Shown here: piece by piece, positions 47,117 through 54,141 of the stretch | How the letters are laid out: each line of letters opens with the position of its first letter | Position numbering within the stretch: position 1 is the stretch's first letter | Source: a virus | Taxonomy: Duplodnaviria > Caudoviricetes | DNA length: 54,141 nt | Strand: one strand, 5' to 3' | Virus record (IMG/VR): IMGVR_UViG_3300035703_000124 | Coordinates: 1-54,141 of that record | The notes under the pieces: generated by a model | The model's database searches: none | What the model was told of the DNA's origin: nothing | The model's input: the letters and a program-made list of their open reading frames with translations, nothing else | Program-made: the position numbers and the translations under genes

Positions 47117-48070
47117 ATGGCATTTAAGAATACTAATTTAAGTTTACTTGCATATAATACTGGATATATCCTAAGAAGGAATGTATTAATTTCTAGAATC
47201 TTATCCCAATCTTCAGGACTGAGATTTACTCCTGGAAATGGATATACATATGACATTTTTATCAATCCTGGATCATTTACTGTCCATACTGGTGGTTATA
47301 TGGATGTGATGTTGGTTGGTGGTGGTGGCGGCGGCGGTTCTGGAGATCCAAGTTCTCGTGGTGGTGGTGGTGGGGCAGGAGGAGTGAGGCATGTATATAA
47401 TCAATTATTTCCAAGAGGAACATATACAGTTGATATAGGTCCTGGTGGTCCTGGTGGAGTTTATAATGGATCCAGTGTAACTGCTGCATGGCGCGGCAAG
47501 GATGGAACAATTACAACAATTTCATCTCCAACTATTTCTCAAATTAGTGCAACTGGAGGAGGTGGTGGGGGAGCAGGGCTTGTTCCTCAAGTCACTTCTG
47601 TTCTTTCAGGTCAACCTGGAGGTTCTGGTGGTGGTGCTGGTGGGGCGAATTCATTTTCATTTTTTGGAACAGGAGTTTCTGGGCAAGGAAGTCCTGGTGG
47701 ACAAGGTGAAAGTACCTCCGGATCAACCGTATATTTTGGTGGAGGTGGTGGGGGTGCTTCTCAAGCAGGTTTTACTTGGAATGATTCAACTTTTAATAAA
47801 GGTGGTGATGGATCTGCAGCATTTTCTGGAGACACTGGTATACCTACCACATATGGAACACCTGGACCTGGACCTGGAAGATATTTTGGTGGTGGTGGAT
47901 GTGGTGGACATCCTGGTAGTATAACCGTCAGACCAGCAGGTGGTGGAGGATCTCATAGTGATCTAGATGGCATAATTAATACAGGTGGTGGAGCAACTGG
48001 TGGTGCAGCCTCTGGAAATAATGGAGCACCTGGAATTGTGATTGTAAGATACTTAACCAATTTCCCTTGA
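47117..48070 (+). CDS. Glycine-rich putative virion/fibre-associated protein (paralog 6)
   Basis: TPGNGY, AFSGDTGIP.TYG, PGRYFGGG, GIVIVRY. Confidence 0.75.
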   Translation: MAFKNTNLSLLAYNTGYILRRNVLISRILSQSSGLRFTPGNGYTYDIFINPGSFTVHTGGYMDVMLVGGGGGGGSGDPSSRGGGGGAGGVRHVYNQLFPRGTYTVDIGPGGPGGVYNGSSVTAAWRGKDGTITTISSPTISQISATGGGGGGAGLVPQVTSVLSGQPGGSGGGAGGANSFSFFGTGVSGQGSPGGQGESTSGSTVYFGGGGGGASQAGFTWNDSTFNKGGDGSAAFSGDTGIPTTYGTPGPGPGRYFGGGGCGGHPGSITVRPAGGGGSHSDLDGIINTGGGATGGAASGNNGAPGIVIVRYLTNFP

Positions 48071-48095
48071 CATCAAACCCAAAGTGCCCTATGAT
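48067..48095 (+). promoter_or_regulatory. sigma70-like promoter
   Basis: TTGACA, 17 nt, TATGAT. Confidence 0.7.
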
Positions 48096-48104
48096 GACTG
48101 GGAA

Positions 48105-48311
48105 ATGATGAAAAGCACAATGCCTTCAGAAACCGAAGAATTCTTGACACGATGTGTTGTGGATACTCTTGCACGAAAATTTTATCTTTATTCAAATGAA
48201 GGTGACGAAAGAATCGTTGAGTGTGAAACAGTTGATCAATTTATGAATGTACTCGAAGTTGTACGAACACAACTGGATGAAGATACTTTAGTTTATTCAA
48301 ATCCTTTCTAA
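48105..48311 (+). CDS. Conserved cyanophage hypothetical protein
   Basis: Start at 48105 or 48120 (must lie downstream of the promoter); R.FYLYS.EG...VECET.DQFMNVL. Confidence 0.65.
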   Translation: MMKSTMPSETEEFLTRCVVDTLARKFYLYSNEGDERIVECETVDQFMNVLEVVRTQLDEDTLVYSNPF

Positions 48312-48313
48312 AT

Positions 48314-48487
48314 ATGGAAATTTTTACTGTCGAAGAATTTCAAGAAAAATGGGACGAACTAATTGATCGTGTTGAAAAAGGAGAGCATATAGGAATCATT
48401 AATGAAAATGGACAAGCAACAGTTATGATTCCTGCAGATGATGAACTTTTAAAACTTTACGTTGAGGAAAATAACGAAGGTTGTTAA
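48314..48487 (+). CDS. Phd/YefM-like antitoxin-domain protein (57 aa)
   Basis: MEIFTVEEFQEKWDELIDRVEKGEHIGIINENGQATVMIP fits the Phd/YefM N-terminal pattern; missed by the ORF track. Confidence 0.55.
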   Translation: MEIFTVEEFQEKWDELIDRVEKGEHIGIINENGQATVMIPADDELLKLYVEENNEGC

Positions 48488-48518
48488 AATCACTTCAGAT
48501 CTAAGGGTCTGATTTTCT

Positions 48519-48589
48519 GGGATGTCGTCTATTGGTTAAGACCCACTGTTTCTAACAGTGTAAAGAGGGTTCAATTCCCTCCAGTCCTA
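48519..48589 (+). tRNA. Degenerate tRNA, anticodon TCT (Arg) as written; probable pseudo-tRNA
   Basis: D arm GTCT/AGAC, anticodon arm CACTG-TTTCTAA-CAGTG, T arm GAGGG-TTCAATT-CCCTC; acceptor GGGA-TG/CAGTCCT lacks one 5' base. Confidence 0.65.
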
Positions 48590-48627
48590 TTTTGAAAAAA
48601 TAAATATAAGATACGGGAGTAAACCCT

Positions 48628-48933
48628 ATGTCTTATCGTATTGATTCCGCATACTGCTGGTACAACAATGGTAGTATGATTGTGAAAATGTATTTTATTA
48701 ATCATGTTCCTTTTACATTTGATGAATTGCCAGATGGTCATTTGTATGATTTAGATCTTTGTAGGGCAGCAGATAAACAGAGAACTTTTGAACCAGAAGA
48801 CTTATATAAAAACTCATTTTATCTAATTGATGAAGAAGCACACCCATGTCTTTTTCCTGTTGATTTGGAAAATCCAGAAGATATGCCAGAAGATGAACAA
48901 TATTTTTATGATGAAGATGATTTTTCTTCATAA
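48628..48933 (+). CDS. Conserved cyanophage hypothetical protein
   Basis: AYCWY, MYFIN.VPFTFDEL, YLI.EEAHP; TAAATA upstream. Confidence 0.7.
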   Translation: MSYRIDSAYCWYNNGSMIVKMYFINHVPFTFDELPDGHLYDLDLCRAADKQRTFEPEDLYKNSFYLIDEEAHPCLFPVDLENPEDMPEDEQYFYDEDDFSS

Positions 48934-48968
48934 ATAAAACATAGAAATATTTCGTCAAATATAATAAA

Positions 48969-51900
48969 ATGCCATTAAATAAACTTGATCAGTTTATCAA
49001 AAATACAGAAGGTCGCATCCTTTATGTAAACCCAAGTGACCTTGATTCGACTGATTCAATTACAAATGAAGGTAATTCACTTGCACAACCTTTTAAAACC
49101 GTTCAAAGAGCACTTTTAGAAGCAGCAAGATTTTCATATTTAAGAGGAAATAATAACGACTTAACCGAAAAAACAACGATTTTGCTTTTTCCTGGTGAGC
49201 ATATAATTGATAATAGACCTGGATATGCAATTTATGCAGATAATAATAACGTAGCAAGAGTTACTCCTATTGATGGTGGTGTAGGAACTCCTGCACAGAC
49301 AACATTATCTTTAGAATTAGATTCTAATTTTGATTTAACACAAGAAGATAATATCTTATATAAGTTTAATAGTGTTCGTGGTGGTGTTGTAGTTCCTAGA
49401 GGAACTTCAATCGTTGGTTTGGATTTAAGAAAAACAAAATTAAGACCAAAATATGTTCCGAATCCAACAGATCCTGCAGTACCAAACTCTGCAATCTTTA
49501 GAATCACTGGTGCATGTTATTTTTGGCAATTCTCATTATTTGATGGTGATGATAGTGGATTAGTTTATACAAATCCAAGAGATTTTAGTCCAGAATTTAG
49601 TTCTACTCCAAGATTCAGTCACCATAAATTAACTTGTTTTGAATATTGTGATGGTGTTAATATTGTTAATAGAACTGCATTTGGTGAACTTACTGATCTT
49701 GACATGTATTATAGCAAGGTCAGTAATGCATATAATTCTTATAGAGAAATTGAAAATGCATCTAAGTTTCCTCAATCCTCAACATCATTTGCAAAAAGAG
49801 CACCCGAATGGGAAATTGTTGGATCTTTTAGATCTGACCCAATTAATATTACGAATATTTTTTCAGGAAACGGTACAACAGCATCTAATAGAATTACTAT
49901 AACAACTGACGTTGCACACGGACTGAATTTTGGTACACCAATCAAAATTCGCGGTGTTTCTGCATCAGAATACAATGTATCTACATTTGTTCAAGATGTT
50001 TTAAGTGATACTCAATTCACTTATCTTTTACCAACTTTCCCACCAAATTTAAATGCAACTCCACAATTAAATGATGCAACAGTTACTGTTGAAACAGATA
50101 CTGTTGGTGGTGCATCTCCATACGTCTTCAACATATCATTACGTTCGGTATGGGGAATGAATGGTATGCACGCAGATGGTGCAAAAGCATCTGGATTTCG
50201 TTCAATGGTTGTTGCACAATTTACTGCGGTATCTCTTCAAAAAGATGATCGTGCATTTGTAAAATATAATAAAACTACAAGAACTTATGATTCTGTATCA
50301 TATACACCAGTCTATGGTGCTGCACTACCACTAGGTGCGGCACAGACTAATACAGAAAAAGTCTATCACCTAGATCAGGATGCAATTTATAGACCTGATT
50401 GGGAATCGAGTCATATTAAAATTTCAAATGATTCATTTATTCAAATCGTTTCTGTTTTTGCAATCGGATTTACATATCACTTTGATGCAAACTCTGGAGC
50501 AGATGCATCAATTACAAACTCAAACTCAAACTTTGGTCAAATTGCACTAAAATCATCAACATATAAAGCAGAAGCATTTGAAAAAGATGATCATGCTTAT
50601 ATAACATCAATTGTCGCCCCAAGAGATATTGATACTTCAATTGCAGATGAAATTGAATGGTTATCTTTAGATGTTGTAAAAACAAGAACAGTAGCAAACT
50701 CTCAAAAGTTATATCTATACGGATTTACTTCAGAAAGTGCGATACCTGTTTCAGTAACACAAGGATATCGCATCGGTGCAAAGTTAAATGACAAACTTTA
50801 CGCCAGATTTTTAGGTATTGATTATGAAGCCGACATTTATATGACCGGCAAAAATGACCAAACATCAAGAAATGAAAAAAGTTATATTGTAACTGCAATA
50901 AAAAATAATATATTTACAATTGGACCACACAATTTAAAGACTGGTGAGAAAATTATCATTCAGAGTAAAAAGGGAGATCTTCCAGAAAGTTTAACCGAAC
51001 ATATTGTTTATTATGCTATTACTGATGATTTACCAGGTAGTAGATTAAATTCACAACAAATACAAGTTGCAGCATCATTTACTTATGCATTTTTGAATGA
51101 AGCAGTACAAACATATGGTGGTGATCCTAATTCAGATATTATTATTAATAGTAGAGTTTCTGATAAAGATGCTGGTGATATTGGATCTCCAATTCAGTGG
51201 GATAGTGCCAATTCACAGTGGTATATTAATGTTGGAACTGGTAATCAAATTTACAATTCATTCTTGGATTCTGGAATTGGATATGATCCAGATGATGAGA
51301 ATAAATATTCGGAATCTACAGACCTTGCATTTGTAACAAGAAATGCAGATGAAAGAGGTCTTGATGAAAAAGTTTACAAGTTAAGAGTTGTAATTCCAAA
51401 AGAATCTGTTAATGCAAAAAATCCAGAAATTGGATTTATTATGCAAGATTCGAGTTATACTGGAGCATTGAATAATACAGAAATATTTGGTTCTTTAAAG
51501 TCTTCATTAACTTTAAATGAAACGCGATATAAGAGAAATCAAAAATTTATCTCTAATTGTTCTTTATCTGGAACAGAAGTAACAATTACGACAGAAACAC
51601 CACACAAACTTAAAGTTAGTGATATTGTAATTGTAAGAGACATTAAAGATACTATTGAATCTCCTACAGGTGAATTTAATCGTGGTTTCAATGGTTCATT
51701 TGCAGTTACTGAAATTGTAAATGATATGCAATTTAGGTACACAACTACTGATATTGCAGGATTGGTTCATACACCAGGATCTTTCCAAAACAATGTTAAT
51801 ACAAGAACTGTTGATGAACTTCCAAGAATTGAAAAGAATGATATTAAATCAAATCTTTATATTTACAGAAATGATGTAATTTCGGACTATATTAAAGACG

Positions 51901-54141
51901 AAAGAGATGGAATTTATCATCTTTATATTTTAAGTGCAAATTATGCACCTGTAAATACATTTACAGACTATAAGTTTACTCAAACACCAGTAGATCTTTA
52001 TCCACAATTAGATCGTGATAACATTGATTCTAATCCAAAGTCTGCAAAAACTTATGCAAAAAGAGCACCAGTTGGTGATGTTGTAACAAATGATCTTAAG
52101 AAGAGTATTACAAGAGAAACTATTGATACTTTCTGCAAAAACTTTGGTAAAGGTTTAGAAATTCAAAGTGTTTCTGCCACACAACAACCAACTGCAACAC
52201 TCACTTTTGCTCAAAATCATGGACTAGGTGGTGTTGTAAATGGCACATTAGTTGCTGGCACTGGAAGTCGTAACAATGGTACTTATTATAATGTAAAATT
52301 GCATACAAATGATAATGCTCTTTCACCATCAACATGGTCTGGAGCAACTGCAAAAGTCGTAGTTGCTGGTGGTGTTATAACTTCCTTTGAGATTCAAAAC
52401 AAGGGATCTGGATATAAGAACGGAGATAAATTATATTTTAATATTGGAGGAACTTATCCAATTGGTGGTTCTTCTGATGCGTATATTGAATTAGCAACTT
52501 CTGGTATTACGACTTACATTGGTGATGTTGTTCAAATTACTGGTAATGGTTTTACTGATGATGGATATTATAGAATTAATTCAGTTGGTGTTAATACAAT
52601 TAGTATTAACAGACACTCTGGTGATCCATCTATTTCTGCTGGACAATATGCTTTTGTTGTTGGACAGTCGGTTAAAGTACAATCTACACAATATGGTGTA
52701 TCCCAGACAATTATTGATGGTGAAACTGCAGTTACAGTTGGATTAGTTACTTTTACAACTTATGACTCTCATGGACTGAGTGTAGGTAATAAGTTTAGAG
52801 TCATTAATTCTTCTAATTCAAATCTTGGAGATTATGTAGTTAAGGACGTTCTTTCCGTAACTTCATTTAATGTAAAAACCGAATCAAACCTATCAAGTTC
52901 TGCTGTAGATGGATATATTTTAAAACACGGTTTGTCTGCTAACCAAGGAATTTCTGATATTAGAACCGAAAGTTATTCTTCAAGAACTGTTCCATTTTAT
53001 AGTGGGGAAACTTTCAAACTTACATCAGCAATTAACGCTGGAGATTCTGGTACAGTAAACATCCAATGTTTAACTGGTATTTCAACTTCTAAGAGATTAA
53101 AACTCGGTGATTTTGTTCAAGTAAATGACGAAATCATGAGAATTAGTTCTACTCCATCAGACACTTCAATTCAAGTGTTCCGTGGATATGCAGGAACTCG
53201 CCAAGGAAATCATCCAATCAATTCGATTCTCAAAAAAATTGATGTAGTACCAATTGAATTTAGAAGACCTTCAATTATTCGTGCATCTGGACATACATTT
53301 GAATATCTTGGTTATGGCCCTGGAAACTATTCAACTGCTCTTCCACAAGTTCAAATTAAAACTCTCTCTGAAAGAGAAGATTTCTTAGTTCAGGCGCAAG
53401 AAAGATCTGCTGGTGCTGTCATTTATACTGGAATGAATAGTAGGGGTGATACTTTCAATGGTAATACAAAAGTATCTGCATCGAGTGGTCAAACAATTTC
53501 TTATGATATTCCAAAACCAACAATTACTGGACAAGATCCTTCTAAATTAAGTGTTGCATTTGATGAAATTACAGTAAGAGAAAGAATTCTTGTTGAAGGT
53601 GGAACCTCAGGATTTGTTCTTTCTCAGTTTGATGGTCCGGTCACTATGACTAGATCGTTGAGAGTTAAAGGAAAAACAACTTTAAATGGACAACTTAGAG
53701 TTACATTTAGAGATAAAGCAGTTAATGAAAATAGTGGTTCAATTGTTTCTAAAGGTGGAATTGGTGTAGGTGATGATTCTTATTTCAGAGCAAAAGTTGA
53801 AATTGTAGGGCAAGTAAAAACTGGAACTGGTATTGTTCCAGATGAGGACATGGGTGCTTATATTGGAAGACCAGGAATTGCATATAGTGATGCATATATT
53901 GGAAACATTAGAGTTGGTGCTGCATCATCAAATACAATTGATACTAGATCTGGTGGTCTTACTATTGATGCAACAAACGGCAATTTAACTCAAACGGCAT
54001 CAGGAGCAGTTAGTGTAACCGCCAGCGGTGGTAACTTAACTCAAACGGCATCAGGAGCAGTTAGCGTAACCGCCAGCGGTGGTAACTTAACTCAAACGGC
54101 ATCAGGAGCAGTTAGCCAAACAGCAACGACTGGAAAGGTTA
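48969..54141 (+). CDS. Very large virion structural/tail-fibre-like protein, 3' truncated by window edge
   Basis: MPLNKLDQFIKNTEGRILYVNPSDLD..D...N.GNS...PFKTVQRALLEAARFSY; the same frame reads sensibly at the window end; absent from the ORF track, consistent with no stop inside the window. Confidence 0.8.
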   Translation, partial: MPLNKLDQFIKNTEGRILYVNPSDLDSTDSITNEGNSLAQPFKTVQRALLEAARFSYLRGNNNDLTEKTTILLFPGEHIIDNRPGYAIYADNNNVARVTPIDGGVGTPAQTTLSLELDSNFDLTQEDNILYKFNSVRGGVVVPRGTSIVGLDLRKTKLRPKYVPNPTDPAVPNSAIFRITGACYFWQFSLFDGDDSGLVYTNPRDFSPEFSSTPRFSHHKLTCFEYCDGVNIVNRTAFGELTDLDMYYSKVSNAYNSYREIENASKFPQSSTSFAKRAPEWEIVGSFRSDPINITNIFSGNGTTASNRITITTDVAHGLNFGTPIKIRGVSASEYNVSTFVQDVLSDTQFTYLLPTFPPNLNATPQLNDATVTVETDTVGGASPYVFNISLRSVWGMNGMHADGAKASGFRSMVVAQFTAVSLQKDDRAFVKYNKTTRTYDSVSYTPVYGAALPLGAAQTNTEKVYHLDQDAIYRPDWESSHIKISNDSFIQIVSVFAIGFTYHFDANSGADASITNSNSNFGQIALKSSTYKAEAFEKDDHAYITSIVAPRDIDTSIADEIEWLSLDVVKTRTVANSQKLYLYGFTSESAIPVSVTQGYRIGAKLNDKLYARFLGIDYEADIYMTGKNDQTSRNEKSYIVTAIKNNIFTIGPHNLKTGEKIIIQSKKGDLPESLTEHIVYYAITDDLPGSRLNSQQIQVAASFTYAFLNEAVQTYGGDPNSDIIINSRVSDKDAGDIGSPIQWDSANSQWYINVGTGNQIYNSFLDSGIGYDPDDENKYSESTDLAFVTRNADERGLDEKVYKLRVVIPKESVNAKNPEIGFIMQDSSYTGALNNTEIFGSLKSSLTLNETRYKRNQKFISNCSLSGTEVTITTETPHKLKVSDIVIVRDIKDTIESPTGEFNRGFNGSFAVTEIVNDMQFRYTTTDIAGLVHTPGSFQNNVNTRTVDELPRIEKNDIKSNLYIYRNDVISDYIKDERDGIYHLYILSANYAPVNTFTDYKFTQTPVDLYPQLDRDNIDSNPKSAKTYAKRAPVGDVVTNDLKKSITRETIDTFCKNFGKGLEIQSVSATQQPTATLTFAQNHGLGGVVNGTLVAGTGSRNNGTYYNVKLHTNDNALSPSTWSGATAKVVVAGGVITSFEIQNKGSGYKNGDKLYFNIGGTYPIGGSSDAYIELATSGITTYIGDVVQITGNGFTDDGYYRINSVGVNTISINRHSGDPSISAGQYAFVVGQSVKVQSTQYGVSQTIIDGETAVTVGLVTFTTYDSHGLSVGNKFRVINSSNSNLGDYVVKDVLSVTSFNVKTESNLSSSAVDGYILKHGLSANQGISDIRTESYSSRTVPFYSGETFKLTSAINAGDSGTVNIQCLTGISTSKRLKLGDFVQVNDEIMRISSTPSDTSIQVFRGYAGTRQGNHPINSILKKIDVVPIEFRRPSIIRASGHTFEYLGYGPGNYSTALPQVQIKTLSEREDFLVQAQERSAGAVIYTGMNSRGDTFNGNTKVSASSGQTISYDIPKPTITGQDPSKLSVAFDEITVRERILVEGGTSGFVLSQFDGPVTMTRSLRVKGKTTLNGQLRVTFRDKAVNENSGSIVSKGGIGVGDDSYFRAKVEIVGQVKTGTGIVPDEDMGAYIGRPGIAYSDAYIGNIRVGAASSNTIDTRSGGLTIDATNGNLTQTASGAVSVTASGGNLTQTASGAVSVTASGGNLTQTASGAVSQTATTGKV
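53979..54116 (+). repeat. 51-bp near-perfect tandem repeat (17 aa, GNLTQTASGAVSVTASG), about 2.7 copies
   Basis: TTAACTCAAACGGCATCAGGAGCAGTTAG at 53985, 54036 and 54087. Confidence 0.9.

Noticed and set aside
48549-48557. Amber suppressor tRNA (CTA) and stop-codon recoding
   Set aside because: With a 5-bp stem and 7-nt loop the anticodon is TCT, and TAG acts as a normal stop here (for example 3513 and 31596).

Overview
A 54-kb segment of a T4-like myovirus genome, most likely a cyanomyophage. The evidence is the core synteny nrdC-thyX-phoH-exonuclease-gp33-gp59-gp32, then gp53-gp48-gp2-gp4 on the minus strand, then gp26-gp51-gp5, plus TAAATA late promoters and cyanobacteria-type regulatory elements. 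1-8.2 kb holds paralogous Gly-rich fibre-like genes, two mini Gly-X-Gln collagen genes and 2OG-Fe(II) oxygenases. 8.2-18.6 kb is a tightly coupled glycan-modification island (GT11, FkbM methyltransferases, a GT2-GT25-TPR-FkbM fusion). It contains a four-gene module of nucleotidyltransferase, cupin, Form IV RuBisCO-like protein and GDPD-like phosphodiesterase, which is the most striking element. 20.3-20.8 kb is a nitrogen-sensing cassette missed by the ORF track: an NtcA-like box, a sigma70 promoter, two tandem glutamine-riboswitch-like aptamers and three overlapping micro-ORFs, the first DUF4278-like. Also seen: an HNH endonuclease that inserted into a mom-like gene and replaced its 3' end, a candidate -1 frameshift fusing gp26 to gp51, 9-nt periodic ATCC repeats in the gp32 leader, very long Gly-X-Gln collagen fibres, an orphan Phd/YefM-like gene, a degenerate tRNA and a large virion protein running off the right edge. 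All calls come from reading motifs by eye; no database search was run.
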